From: Bacteroidota bacterium
GTDB lineage: Bacteria > Bacteroidota > Bacteroidia > Bacteroidales > GCA-2748055
Assembly: GCA_020047715.1 (NCBI GenBank)
Contig: JAIFNN010000022.1
Location: forward strand, 17,123-81,122
Length of the DNA: 64,000 bases
Direction: 5' to 3'
In this document: positions 15,128-25,099 of the stretch, in pieces
Numbering within the stretch: the first letter of the stretch is position 1
Layout: every line of letters begins with the position of its first letter
The notes under the pieces: model-generated
What the model saw: only the letters and a program-made list of their open reading frames with translations
Told to the model about the DNA's origin: nothing
The model's database searches: none
Position numbers and translations under genes: made by a program

Positions 15128-15874
15128 CTAGATTCTGAGTTTCTTTGCCAGATTGGTGGCGAACACAAAATCGTTCAGCTCCTTGCAGTCGGTATTTAAT
15201 ATATCGTTATTGCTGCCTTCCCAGATTTTTTTCCCCTCATAGATAAAAACCACTTTATCACCGATTTCCATAACTGAGTTCATGTCGTGGGTGTTGACAA
15301 TTGTGGTAATATTAAATTCCTCAGTTATATTCTTGATTAAGTTATCGATTACGATTCCGGTTTGTGGGTCGAGCCCTGAATTCGGTTCGTCGCAAAAGAG
15401 GAACTTCGGGTTTAGTGCGATGGCACGTGCGATTGCAACTCTTTTTTTCATACCGCCACTGAGTTCGGAAGGGTAAAGCGAATTGACATTTGTGAGGTTT
15501 ACTCTTGCCAGGCAGAAGTTAACCCGGTCGAGTTTGTCGGAAAAACTCAGATCTGTAAACATATCCAGAGGCAGCATCACGTTTTCCTCAACAGTAGAAG
15601 AGTCGAAAAGTGCGGCTCCCTGAAAAAGCATTCCGATTTCTTTTCGGATTTCCTTTTTCTGTTTGAAATTCAGAGCATTGTATTGTCGGTTGCCATACCA
15701 AATTTCACCCTTGTCAACGGAGTGAAGTCCTACAATCGATTTCAGCAGAACCGTTTTTCCCGATCCGCTCTGTCCGATAATCAGGTTGGTTTTACCCTGT
15801 TCGAATATCACACTAACGTCATCGAGGACGATTTTGTCGTCGAATTTTTTGGTAAGATTTTTTACCTCGATCAT
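15128..15874 (-). CDS. mlaF: ABC transporter ATP-binding protein, MlaF-like
   Basis: Walker A GQSGSGKT, signature LSGGMKKR and Walker B FLFCDEP. Overlaps the upstream permease gene by 4 bp. Confidence 0.85.
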   Translation of the reverse strand: MIEVKNLTKKFDDKIVLDDVSVIFEQGKTNLIIGQSGSGKTVLLKSIVGLHSVDKGEIWYGNRQYNALNFKQKKEIRKEIGMLFQGAALFDSSTVEENVMLPLDMFTDLSFSDKLDRVNFCLARVNLTNVNSLYPSELSGGMKKRVAIARAIALNPKFLFCDEPNSGLDPQTGIVIDNLIKNITEEFNITTIVNTHDMNSVMEIGDKVVFIYEGKKIWEGSNNDILNTDCKELNDFVFATNLAKKLRI

Positions 15875-16611
15875 GACAGAATGAGTTTGGTAAGGATTAA
15901 GTTAGCAAGTAAGACGAGAATAGAGCTGTAGACAACCGCTTTGGTGCTGCTTCTGCCTACTTCAAGTGCGCCTCCCTGTGCGTAATACCCCTGATATGCA
16001 GACATGGTAACAATAATAAAGGAATAGAAAACGACTTTTGTAACCGAGTAGCCGATATAATGGGGATAGAAAATATATTGAATACCATATATGTAGTCGC
16101 TTGGGGAAAGGATATCGGTTAGCAGGCAGGTTAAATATCCCCCAAAAATTCCAACAAACATGCTAAGCAGGGAAAGAATTGGGAAGAAAAACACTGCGGC
16201 GACGATTTTTGGCAAAATCAGGTAAGATGCGGCGTTTACCCCCATAATTTCCAAAGCGTCAATTTGCTCTGAAACCCTCATGGTTCCTATTTCCGAGGCA
16301 ATACTCGATCCCACCTTGCCGGCAAGAATAAGGGCAACCATGGTGGATGAAAACTCGAGAAGGAGGGAGTCTCTTACTGTAACTCCAACCAGATATCTTG
16401 GCAGGAGAGGGTTTTCAAGGTTGTAATTTGTTTGGATTGTGATTACAGCTCCTACGAATATCGAAATAATGACAACAATCCCAAAGGAATTAATTCCTAA
16501 TTTTTCTACCTCACGAATCGTCTGCCTGTAATACAAGATATATTTCTCAGGCTTGGCAAAAACTTTTGAGAGTAATACGAAGTATTGTCCAGCGTGTTCT
16601 AAAAACTTCAT
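15871..16611 (-). CDS. mlaE: ABC transporter permease, MlaE family
   Basis: 246-aa polytopic protein with the MlaE-typical RVSEQIDALEIMG motif. Confidence 0.85.
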   Translation of the reverse strand: MKFLEHAGQYFVLLSKVFAKPEKYILYYRQTIREVEKLGINSFGIVVIISIFVGAVITIQTNYNLENPLLPRYLVGVTVRDSLLLEFSSTMVALILAGKVGSSIASEIGTMRVSEQIDALEIMGVNAASYLILPKIVAAVFFFPILSLLSMFVGIFGGYLTCLLTDILSPSDYIYGIQYIFYPHYIGYSVTKVVFYSFIIVTMSAYQGYYAQGGALEVGRSSTKAVVYSSILVLLANLILTKLILS

Positions 16612-16627
16612 AGTGTCCAGTTTGATG

Positions 16628-16635
16628 CAAAAGTA
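16628..16635 (-). promoter_or_regulatory. Bacteroidota -7 promoter box (TACTTTTG on minus strand) for mlaE-mlaF-mobA
   Basis: Exact TAnnTTTG match, 17-24 bp upstream of the ATG at 16611. Confidence 0.45.
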
Positions 16636-16744
16636 TGAATATTATCGATCAATCCGAATCGATTCTTAAAACAATCGGGGTGAAGGTTTGGAATTGAAAA
16701 AAGCAGTATCTTTATTTTTTTAATTTTTAAAGATAAAGCATTTC

Positions 16745-17839
16745 ATGAACAATCATCAGTATTGCATTATAATGGCTGGGGGTATTGGCAGCAGGTTTTG
16801 GCCACTCAGCAGAACCAGCATGCCAAAGCAGTTCCTTGATATTCTGGGTGTAGGGAAAACATTGTTTCAGCAGACCTATGAGCGCTTCAGTAAAATCATT
16901 CCTGCGGAGAACATTTACATTGTCAGCAATGCAGAGTACAGCGGTATTATAGAAGCTCAAATCCCCGGGATCAAGCGCGAGAATATACTTTCTGAGCCCT
17001 ACCGGCGTAACACGGCTCCCTGTATTGCTTATGCTGCCTACCGTTTAAAGCAGATAGATCCGGAGGCTGTAATGGTTGTTGCCCCTTCCGATCATCTAAT
17101 CCTCAAGGAAGAGAAATTCCTCAGTCAGGTATCTGCAGGGCTTGAATTTGTTGGATCCCACGACGCCCTACTAACACTGGGGATGGATCCGAGCCGTCCC
17201 GAGACCGGATATGGTTATATTCAGGCAAACGGTGAAAACTCTATTGAAACCGGTGGCAATTCTTTCAGAAAAGTAAAAACATTCACTGAAAAGCCAGATA
17301 TTAAATTAGCTCATATATTTTTGAAAAGTGGAGATTTTTATTGGAATTCCGGGATTTTCTTCTGGTCCGTTCAAAACATTGTTCAGGCTTTTGAGTCCCA
17401 TCTCCCCGAAATAAGCAACTCTTTTGAAGAGGGAAAACTGGTTTACGGAACTCTTGAGGAAAAGACCTTTATTGAGAAGACCTATGCGGGATGCAAAAAT
17501 ATTTCCATCGATTATGGGATAATGGAGAAGGCTGATAACGTTTATGTTTTAACAACCGATATTGGCTGGTCGGATTTGGGAACATGGGGCTCTCTCTTTG
17601 ATCAGAAAGAAAAAGACCAAAACGGCAATGCCTTGATCGGTAAAAATATTTTTGTTTATGACGTGAACGAATCCCTTGTTAGAGTTTCAGGGGAGAAGCT
17701 TGTCGTTTTGCAGGGGCTCGAGGGGTATATCGTTGTACAGAGTGATGATGTGCTGCTGGTATGTAAGAGAGACGAGGAACAAAGAATCAAGCTGTTTGTT
17801 AATGATATTAAAATAAGCAAGGGGGACGGGTTTATCTGA
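16745..17839 (+). CDS. Mannose-1-phosphate guanylyltransferase
   Basis: IMAGGIGSRFWPLSR...PKQF nucleotidyltransferase motif. At 364 aa it lacks the isomerase domain. Confidence 0.85.
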   Translation: MNNHQYCIIMAGGIGSRFWPLSRTSMPKQFLDILGVGKTLFQQTYERFSKIIPAENIYIVSNAEYSGIIEAQIPGIKRENILSEPYRRNTAPCIAYAAYRLKQIDPEAVMVVAPSDHLILKEEKFLSQVSAGLEFVGSHDALLTLGMDPSRPETGYGYIQANGENSIETGGNSFRKVKTFTEKPDIKLAHIFLKSGDFYWNSGIFFWSVQNIVQAFESHLPEISNSFEEGKLVYGTLEEKTFIEKTYAGCKNISIDYGIMEKADNVYVLTTDIGWSDLGTWGSLFDQKEKDQNGNALIGKNIFVYDVNESLVRVSGEKLVVLQGLEGYIVVQSDDVLLVCKRDEEQRIKLFVNDIKISKGDGFI

Positions 17840-17929
17840 GACTCGGAAAATCGAGATGTAAATCAACAGGCCTGCAGGCCGTAAAAACAGATCTTTTTCT
17901 TCCTCAGGCAGAATTAAGCTTAGCGATAA

Positions 17930-18304
17930 ATGGAACTAAGAGGATACTACACGATAGGATTGCTGATACTTTCTAATGCATTCATGACGCTGGCCTGGTA
18001 CGGCCACTTGAAATTCCGTGAATTGCGATGGTTTGAGAACCTCGGTTTATTTTCGATAATAATGATTAGTTGGGGAATCGCCCTCTTTGAATACTTCGCA
18101 CAGGTTCCCGCAAACCGGATCGGCTTCAGCGCAAACGGAGGCCCCTTTTCGCTGGTTGAGCTAAAGGTTATTCAGGAGGTTATAACCCTGATAATTTTTG
18201 CAGGTTTCACCCTGATTTTTTTCAAGGAAGAGGTGCTGCGTTGGAATCACTTGGTGGGATTTGCGTTCCTGGTGCTTGCCGTCTACTTTATTTTCAAGAA
18301 ATAA
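17930..18304 (+). CDS. Small DMT-superfamily membrane protein (DUF486-like)
   Basis: 124 aa with 4 TM helices and the N-terminal motif SNAFMTLAWYGHLKF. Confidence 0.6.
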   Translation: MELRGYYTIGLLILSNAFMTLAWYGHLKFRELRWFENLGLFSIIMISWGIALFEYFAQVPANRIGFSANGGPFSLVELKVIQEVITLIIFAGFTLIFFKEEVLRWNHLVGFAFLVLAVYFIFKK

Positions 18305-18306
18305 GA

Positions 18307-19302
18307 TTACTTGGTGAGGAAGAGGCTGATTATCCAATAGATACCGGCACTCATAAGCATGGTTCCAGGAATAGTGAAAACCCATGCAATCACAATGTTT
18401 CCGGCCACACCCCAGCGAATCGATGAGACCCGCTTAGTAAGTCCAACGCCCATAATTGAGCCGGTTATTGTATGTGTGGTGCTGACAGGAATTCCTGCAA
18501 CAGCGCTGCCGATTAATGTCAAAGCCCCTGCGGTTTCTGCGCTGAATCCCTGTACCGGTTTTAAATGGGTTAGTCCGCTGCCCAGGGTTTTGATAACCTT
18601 TTTACCCCCTGCCAGGGTGCCTAATGCGATCATCCCGTAACTAGCAAAAATAACCCAGGTTGGCACATAGAATTCCGTTCCAAGGTAGCCGGTACTAAAA
18701 AGCAGTATGGCAATAATCCCCATTGTTTTTTGTGCATCGTTGGATCCGTGTCCCAAACTGAAAACGGCAGAAGACAATAACTGCATAAACCTGAAAAGCT
18801 TATCAACCTTTCGGGGGTGTGCGTTTCGGAACACCAGCATGGTTATGATCATGATGAAGTATGAAAGAACCAGTCCGATTAAGGGAGAAAGAACAATAAA
18901 GAGTAAAACTTTTGTGATACCGGCCGATAAAATGGCTGAAGTTCCCCCAACCACAAGTGCCGGACCCATCAATCCCCCAATCAGGGCATGAGATACGCTG
19001 ATTGGCATTCCTAAACGTGTACAGGTGAAAACCCAAATAATGGCTCCCAAAAGGCCTCCTAAAATTACATACTCGTTAATAATACCGGGATCAACAATTC
19101 CTTTTCCAATTGTTGTGGCTACCTTGACTCCGAAAAAAAACACAGCTGCGAAATTGAAGAATGCAGCCCAGGCAACAGCCATCAAGGGAGATAGAACTTT
19201 TGTTGAAACAATGGTGGCAATCGAATTGGCCGCATCATTCATACCGTTCAGAAAGTCGAATAGCAAAGCAATGATGATCGTGATAATTACAATTGTAAGC
19301 AT
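18307..19302 (-). CDS. Inorganic phosphate transporter, PiT family
   Basis: NGMNDAANSIAT and GHGSNDAQKTMG signature motifs in a polytopic protein. Confidence 0.9.
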   Translation of the reverse strand: MLTIVIITIIIALLFDFLNGMNDAANSIATIVSTKVLSPLMAVAWAAFFNFAAVFFFGVKVATTIGKGIVDPGIINEYVILGGLLGAIIWVFTCTRLGMPISVSHALIGGLMGPALVVGGTSAILSAGITKVLLFIVLSPLIGLVLSYFIMIITMLVFRNAHPRKVDKLFRFMQLLSSAVFSLGHGSNDAQKTMGIIAILLFSTGYLGTEFYVPTWVIFASYGMIALGTLAGGKKVIKTLGSGLTHLKPVQGFSAETAGALTLIGSAVAGIPVSTTHTITGSIMGVGLTKRVSSIRWGVAGNIVIAWVFTIPGTMLMSAGIYWIISLFLTK

Positions 19303-19311
19303 AAAAGCGAA

Positions 19312-19959
19312 TTAAGATACTTTGAGTATTATCGTTTTCAATATGTTCGATACTGCTTTAATACAATCAGCAGTGTCTTCCATATTTTCAAGCATTTCCT
19401 TTTGCTTTATCAACTCAATGGCATCCTTTTCTTTTTTGAACAGGCTTGAAATAGTGGAGTGGTATAGATCATCGGCTTCTTTCTCCAGATCGGATATCTT
19501 TTTGCACGCTTTTAGAATCTTGTTTGGCTTTTTCAGGTCGTGCAATTCTTTAATGGAGATATTGAGCTGCTCAGCACTCTTTGATATCAGCTTTGCAAAT
19601 TCCTTAAACTCGGTGGGTATTTCTTTGGGACGGTAAAGCCTGATTCTCTGTGCAACCCCGTTTATAAGGTTAATAACTTCATCGAGAGTAGTGGTAAGGT
19701 GGTTGATGTCTTCCCGGTCGAAGGGAGGTACAAATGATTTGTCGAGATCATCAAAAATTTTCTGAGCAACCTCATCGCCTTTGTTTTCAATATCTTTTAT
19801 TACTTTAAAAAGATCTTTTTGCTTTACCGGATCATCATGTTCAAATATCGTTAGCTGTGCAGCTGATGCTTTTACTATTAAATCGGACATATTAACAAAC
19901 ATGGGAAAGAACTTCTTGTCGATAGGAACGAGTTTTTGGAAAAATGTGTTGACGCTCAT
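19312..19959 (-). CDS. DUF47 (PhoU-like) protein partnered with PiT
   Basis: All-helical protein immediately upstream of PiT, which is the conserved pairing. I prefer the start at MSVNTFFQKL (19959) to the ORF-track start at 19983. Confidence 0.75.
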   Translation of the reverse strand: MSVNTFFQKLVPIDKKFFPMFVNMSDLIVKASAAQLTIFEHDDPVKQKDLFKVIKDIENKGDEVAQKIFDDLDKSFVPPFDREDINHLTTTLDEVINLINGVAQRIRLYRPKEIPTEFKEFAKLISKSAEQLNISIKELHDLKKPNKILKACKKISDLEKEADDLYHSTISSLFKKEKDAIELIKQKEMLENMEDTADCIKAVSNILKTIILKVS

Positions 19960-20067
19960 AGAATTATAAATTGATATTTTCAAATACTTGGCGATATTAG
20001 GTATTTAATATTAAGCCAATGTTAACTAAAAATAAATTATTGATGCTGTTGAGTATGCGGATTTTCG

Positions 20068-20584
20068 TTACGACATAGCTACTCCACCGGAAACAACGAA
20101 TTTCATAGCCTCTGTTGGGGCCATGTTGAGTGCCCTGACATGTTCTGCAGGAACGATAAACATCTCCCCTGAGAAATTATAGGAATGGGGAAAATATACC
20201 GCTACCTTGTCTTTTATTCCCAAACTGCTAAGGTCTTCCTGGGTTAAAAAGCCTACCTTTTCGAGTTCTGAAATAGTATTTACCTTTACCAAAACGGGTT
20301 GAGTGAATTTCTTTTCCTTGCCCACAAAAGCAGAAAGCAAATCGCGTATCGACGAGTAAATCAGTTTGAAGAGGGGGGCCCTTTCCATCAATTTTTCAAT
20401 CACGCGACGAATCGGAGTCCCGAGAATGGATCCACCTATCATGCCCAGAATGGTAATCATCACAAACAGCAGCAATATTCCCAATCCGGGTTACGTTAAA
20501 AAGTAAGACAATCGCGTAAACCGTAAGCCCCAGCGGTGCAACATAAAGTAGACCCTGGAAAAAAAATCCAAGTAGTTTTTTCAT
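20068..20584 (-). pseudogene. DUF502-family membrane protein split by a +1 frame disruption
   Basis: The N-terminal ORF (20584-20396, MKKLLGFFFQGLLYVAPLGLTVYAIVLLFNVT...) and the C-terminal ORF (20484-20068) are consecutive parts of one DUF502-like protein. The downstream frame continues as PGLGILLLFVMITILG directly after a TAA at 20491-20493. Confidence 0.6.
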
Positions 20585-20586
20585 TA

Positions 20587-20940
20587 TTATTTGTGTTTCC
20601 TAAGTTCTTCTTTCTTTGCTTTTGGCAAACTTGCCACAATCAATTCGTAGGAGTGTGTGATAAGCGAGGAGACAAGGTTTTTCTTAAGACTCCCATCCAT
20701 AACAATCGTGTTCCAATGTTGCTTGTTCATGTGATATCCTGGCAGAATTGCCGAAAATTCCTCCCTAAGAGCTATTGCTTTTTCGGGATCGCATTTCAGG
20801 TTAATACGCGGTTCGCCGCTTAGGTTCACAAGCGCGAATATTTTGTTCATCACTCTGAATACCAGAGTGTCGTCGCCAAACGGCATGTCTTCGGTGACTC
20901 CTTTCAACGACAGGCAAAATTCCCGGATTTCTTCAATATT
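20587..20940 (-). CDS. MmcQ/YjbR family DNA-binding protein
   Basis: MNIEEIREFCLSLKGVTEDMPFGDDTLVFRV is the typical YjbR N-terminus. I chose the start at 20940 rather than 20982. Confidence 0.7.
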   Translation of the reverse strand, partial: NIEEIREFCLSLKGVTEDMPFGDDTLVFRVMNKIFALVNLSGEPRINLKCDPEKAIALREEFSAILPGYHMNKQHWNTIVMDGSLKKNLVSSLITHSYELIVASLPKAKKEELRKHK

Positions 20941-21041
20941 CATAAGTGTTTCAAGAATACATGAGAATGCAAATTTAGACATTTATTGCATACTTGCAGC
21001 AACAGATCGTTTTGAAACTATATCGCTGCATTTATTGCCAA

Positions 21042-21431
21042 TTACCAGTTTACCCCGGGAATAAAGGCGTTTTCGATGTGTTCTATTTCGGTTCCTTCCC
21101 CCGAGAACGTAACAACCACAAGGTCAAAGCGGGTTTCTTTCTCTATCCCGAATTTGTTGATGTAGGCCTCCGCCGCATCCACAATGAACCGCTGCTTTCC
21201 TCTTGACAAGAGTTCATCGGCAGTTACTCTGTCCCTGCCGAATCGGCTCTTTACCTCAACAATAACAAGCATATCGCTTTTTTCCGCAACAATATCAATT
21301 TCTTTCTGGAAAAACCTCCAGTTGCGGTGCAGGATGCGAAATCCTTTGGATGCCAGGTATTCTGCCGAAAGGTCTTCAGCTTCCCGGCCTTTGTCGTTAT
21401 GTTCAGCCATTTTTAACAGATTTGAATGCAA
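21042..21431 (-). CDS. YraN family (UPF0102) endonuclease-like protein
   Basis: GREAEDLSAEYLASKGFRILHRNWR...EIDIVA...VIVEVKSR motif set. Confidence 0.75.
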   Translation of the reverse strand: MHSNLLKMAEHNDKGREAEDLSAEYLASKGFRILHRNWRFFQKEIDIVAEKSDMLVIVEVKSRFGRDRVTADELLSRGKQRFIVDAAEAYINKFGIEKETRFDLVVVTFSGEGTEIEHIENAFIPGVNW

Positions 21432-22346
21432 CTATTTTCTTGAAAAAGCAACCGTCGAGCGGTTTGCTTCTACTCTTAATTGCATTTGCCTGCCAAAAAT
21501 CAGCGTCCGATTGTCGTTTTGATGGCCGGAGGGGAAAGAAAACGCTACCGGGAAATTGAATTTCTCCACAACCTCCGAAATAATGTCCTCATAGTTTTTT
21601 CCAAAGGGAATGGCATTGTCCTTCAAATCGGTAAAGCCTCCGATTACCAAAGCCTTGATATTATTGAGCGACCCGCTGTGAAGAAGGTTTAACATCATCC
21701 GGTCGATATGATAAAGATATTCGTCGATATCCTCAATAAATAATATTTTCCCCCTGAGATCGGGATAAAAGGTGGTGCCATTTAAACTGTAAAGAATCGA
21801 AAGATTTCCTCCACTCAATTCACCTTTAGCCTCGCCCTCCCGGTTTCCGGAAAACCCCGGAAAGCTATATTCCAGAATTTCACCGAACAGAGCTTTTCGG
21901 AGGCTTTCTGCCGATACTTCAATTTCAGGGTTGCCAGGTTTGTAGGTCAGAGGCATTAAGCAATGAAGACTCTCGGTGTTCAGGAATTTGTTCAGGTAGC
22001 AATGAAATACGGTAATGTCGGAAAATCCTGCAATCCATTTCGGGTCCTTTTCGAATTTTGAGAAATCGATAAGACGAAGGGTTCTCAGTGAACCATAACC
22101 GCCCCGAGCGGCAAGAATGACTCTTACCTGCGGGTCGTCAATCATGTCCTGAAAATCAGAAGCACGTTCCTCATCGCTTCCCGAATACTGGTTGCTGGCC
22201 CCAAAAAGGTTTTTGGAAAACTTGTACTTTAAGCCCCATGATTCCAGGAGAGTTGTAAATGCAACAACCTCATTGGGACTGACTTTTCGGGCAGGAGCAA
22301 CTATACCAACAGTATCTCCGGGTTTTAGGTATTGGGGAGTAATCAT
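21432..22346 (-). CDS. LD-carboxypeptidase (peptidase S66, muramoyl-tetrapeptide carboxypeptidase-like)
   Basis: PGDTVGIVAPA N-terminal motif, the GFSDIT nucleophile motif and a C-terminal GH. 304 aa. Confidence 0.8.
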   Translation of the reverse strand: MITPQYLKPGDTVGIVAPARKVSPNEVVAFTTLLESWGLKYKFSKNLFGASNQYSGSDEERASDFQDMIDDPQVRVILAARGGYGSLRTLRLIDFSKFEKDPKWIAGFSDITVFHCYLNKFLNTESLHCLMPLTYKPGNPEIEVSAESLRKALFGEILEYSFPGFSGNREGEAKGELSGGNLSILYSLNGTTFYPDLRGKILFIEDIDEYLYHIDRMMLNLLHSGSLNNIKALVIGGFTDLKDNAIPFGKNYEDIISEVVEKFNFPVAFSFPSGHQNDNRTLIFGRQMQLRVEANRSTVAFSRK

Positions 22347-22531
22347 AATGGACGCAAATTAGGAATAATACTGGATTAAGACAACGGTATGCAGGTGAAA
22401 AAACAAGCGTTATCAGAGAGGGATGTTTGCTTTTGGGCATTTTCTGCAAACGAGGACAACCATGCACAAGAAACACCTGAATTTACTGATTGTCTTCACT
22501 ACATCTCCATCCTCCCGAGCTAATTTTTTAT

Positions 22532-22539
22532 TATCTTTG
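22532..22539 (+). promoter_or_regulatory. Bacteroidota -7 promoter box (TATCTTTG) for metG
   Basis: Exact TAnnTTTG match, 31 bp upstream of the ATG at 22570. Confidence 0.5.
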
Positions 22540-22569
22540 CGCTTTACTTTAAGAATCATCAATTTCTTC

Positions 22570-24609
22570 ATGAAAGACTATAAAAGGTATCTACTTACCG
22601 CTGCATTGCCCTATGCCAATGGGCCTATCCATTTTGGTCACCTTGCCGGGGTATATATACCCGCTGATATTTTTGCCCGTTATCTAAGGTTAAAATCCGA
22701 GGACATTATTTTCGTCTGCGGCTCCGATGAGCACGGTGTTCCCATCACCATTAAAGCCCGGAACGAAGGTGTAAGCCCGCAGGATGTGGTTGATAAATAC
22801 CACCGCATCAATAAGGAGTCGTTCGAAAGACTGGGAATCACATTCGATATTTATTCCCGCACCAGCTCACCTGTGCATTATGAAACGGCTTCCGAATTTT
22901 TCAGAAATCTATACGACAAAGGCGAATTTATTGAAAAAACTACGGAGCAGTATTTTGATCCTGAAGCTCAGCAATTTCTTGCCGACCGCTACATCACAGG
23001 AACCTGTCCGCGCTGCGGCAATGATAGCGCTTATGGCGACCAGTGCGAAAGCTGCGGATCATCCTTGAACGCCACCGACCTTATCAATCCCAAATCGATG
23101 ATTTCCGGCTCGGTCCCGGTTCTAAAGGAGACCCGGCATTGGTTTCTTCCCCTCGACAAATATGAGCCCTGGCTAAAGCAATGGATACTTGAAGAAAATA
23201 AACACTGGAAACCGAATGTTTACGGGCAATGCAAATCCTGGCTCGACAGCGGGCTGCAACCTCGTGCCGTAAGCCGCGATCTCGACTGGGGAATCCCGGT
23301 GCCTGTTGAAGGTGCCGAGGGAAAGGTTTTATATGTGTGGTTCGATGCTCCCATTGGCTACATCTCGGCTACCCGTGAGCTTACGCCTGACTGGAAGAAA
23401 TATTGGAAGAGTGAGGATACCCGCTTGATTCATTTTATCGGGAAAGACAATATTGTTTTCCATTGCATTGTTTTCCCCGCCATGCTCAAAGCCGAAGGGA
23501 GTTACATTTTGCCCGAAAACGTTCCGGCCAATGAGTTTCTTAATCTCGAGGGAGACAAACTAAGCACTTCCCGTAATTGGGCCGTTTGGCTGCACGAATA
23601 CCTTGATGAGTTTCCGGGGAAGCAGGATGTGTTGCGCTATGTATTATGCGCCAATGCCCCTGAAACCAAGGATAACGATTTTACCTGGAAGGATTTTCAG
23701 GCCAGGAACAACAACGAATTGCTGGCGATATTCGGTAATTTTGTAAACCGTACCCTGGTTCTTACTCATAAGTATTTCGGGGGAAAAGTTCCAAAGGCTT
23801 CCACATTGACGGGCTTTGACAAAGAGGTCCTCGAGCAGTTTACGAAATCCCGATTAGCCGTTGAAAAGAGTCTGGACACATTCAGGTTCCGGGAAGCCCT
23901 CAAAGAAGCAATGGACCTGGCGCGGCTTGGGAACAAGTACCTTGCCGACACCGAACCCTGGAAAGTTTACAAAACCGATCCTGAAAGGGTGCAGACAATT
24001 TTGAATATTTCTCTGCAACTTACCGCAAACCTCTGCATCTTGTTCGAACCGTTTCTCCCCGATACAACTGCAAAACTCAGAAAATTTATCAACCTTGATA
24101 AGCAGTTATGGAGCGAAGCCGGGCGAACCGATTTACTGCCTGAGGGGCACATCATTAACGATCCGGAATTGCTTTTTGAACGGATCGAGGATGAGGTTAT
24201 CGAAGCACAGTTGCTTAAACTCACGAGCAGTCGCGAGGCTAAAGCAAATTCCACTGTCGGAACCGCTCCTGAACCCGCTAAGGCAAATGTAAGTTTCGAC
24301 GATTTTGGGGCAATGGATATAAGGGTTGCAACCATACTTTCGGCCGAAAAGGTGGCTAAAACAAAGAAATTATTGAAGCTTCAGGTAGATACCGGCTTGG
24401 ACATCCGCACGGTTGTATCGGGAATTGCAGAATATTTTGAACCAGAAACTCTTGCCGGACAAAAAGTTTGCATCCTGCTAAATCTCGAACCCCGCGAAAT
24501 AAAAGGGATTCAGTCACAAGGGATGATCTTGTTATCGGAGAACAAGGATGGTAGATTGTATTTCGTGGAGCCCAGGGCTGAGGCTTTGAATGGAAGTGCG
24601 GTAAAGTAG
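22570..24609 (+). CDS. metG: Methionine--tRNA ligase with C-terminal tRNA-binding domain
   Basis: [16 protein letters not shown] (HIGH region), the zinc knuckle CPRCG...CESCG, a KLSTSRN (KMSKS-like) motif and a C-terminal EMAP/Trbp111-like domain. The true start is the ATG at 22570. Confidence 0.95.
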   Translation: MKDYKRYLLTAALPYANGPIHFGHLAGVYIPADIFARYLRLKSEDIIFVCGSDEHGVPITIKARNEGVSPQDVVDKYHRINKESFERLGITFDIYSRTSSPVHYETASEFFRNLYDKGEFIEKTTEQYFDPEAQQFLADRYITGTCPRCGNDSAYGDQCESCGSSLNATDLINPKSMISGSVPVLKETRHWFLPLDKYEPWLKQWILEENKHWKPNVYGQCKSWLDSGLQPRAVSRDLDWGIPVPVEGAEGKVLYVWFDAPIGYISATRELTPDWKKYWKSEDTRLIHFIGKDNIVFHCIVFPAMLKAEGSYILPENVPANEFLNLEGDKLSTSRNWAVWLHEYLDEFPGKQDVLRYVLCANAPETKDNDFTWKDFQARNNNELLAIFGNFVNRTLVLTHKYFGGKVPKASTLTGFDKEVLEQFTKSRLAVEKSLDTFRFREALKEAMDLARLGNKYLADTEPWKVYKTDPERVQTILNISLQLTANLCILFEPFLPDTTAKLRKFINLDKQLWSEAGRTDLLPEGHIINDPELLFERIEDEVIEAQLLKLTSSREAKANSTVGTAPEPAKANVSFDDFGAMDIRVATILSAEKVAKTKKLLKLQVDTGLDIRTVVSGIAEYFEPETLAGQKVCILLNLEPREIKGIQSQGMILLSENKDGRLYFVEPRAEALNGSAVK

Positions 24610-24665
24610 TTTCAGTTGTCTCACGATCAGGCTTATGTGCTTATGATCGGGAAGTTGAAATAAAC

Positions 24666-25085
24666 TTATTTCCCGGTCCGCTCAACCTGATTAACAAAAT
24701 ACTTTGTGTCTCCTCTCCACCAAAATCGCATATACCTCTTTTTGAAGTGGAGGTTTACCCTTTCCCCGCTCAAAGCGACCTGCTGTAAGGTATTTATCAC
24801 AGCTGTATCACTTCTTTGAACCGAAAAATCAAAAGTCTCTGCAATAGGGCTCACACCTTTCAATGCACCGAAAGTTTCAAGGCTGAGCTTGCCTTCAAAG
24901 GTTTTAAAAACCATTCCCTTTTCACTTATTCTCAACACTTTTCCAGCCATTACTCCGTATTCATAGGTACCCCAGTATAGGAAGGAAAATAGTCCGATAA
25001 GGCCAATTATCAAAACAACAAGAACCTTTTTTAAGGTTGATGCAACAACGCGCTTTGTTTTTTGAAGAAATGTTTCACTGCTCAT
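24666..25085 (-). CDS. Hypothetical membrane-anchored protein (139 aa)
   Basis: A single N-terminal TM helix (VLVVLIIGLIGLFSFLYW). I recognise no motif. It is co-directional with, and 14 bp downstream of, the SPOR protein gene. Confidence 0.45.
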   Translation of the reverse strand: MSSETFLQKTKRVVASTLKKVLVVLIIGLIGLFSFLYWGTYEYGVMAGKVLRISEKGMVFKTFEGKLSLETFGALKGVSPIAETFDFSVQRSDTAVINTLQQVALSGERVNLHFKKRYMRFWWRGDTKYFVNQVERTGK

Positions 25086-25099
25086 TTTTCCTGGGATTT

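Noticed and set aside
17869-17880. Perfect 12-bp GC palindrome GGCCTGCAGGCC after the mannose-1-phosphate guanylyltransferase gene
   Set aside because: As a hairpin it gives only a 4-bp stem with a 4-nt loop and no T-run, which is too weak to call a terminator. It is probably a chance palindrome. It happens to contain an 8-cutter-type site, CCTGCAGG.
22423-22569. N-terminal extensions in the ORF track (metG from 22423, radA from 39609, rfbB from 31366, gldH from 60642, the YedE half up to 5566, the lipoprotein from 546)
   Set aside because: In each case an internal ATG yields the conserved family N-terminus or a proper signal peptide. The extension either overlaps the upstream gene or covers a predicted promoter box. 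The shorter starts were used.
24624-24649. Possible terminator hairpin (CGATCA...TGATCG) between metG and the convergent hypothetical gene
   Set aside because: The stem is only 6 bp with a 14-nt loop and no T-run, which is too weak to annotate.
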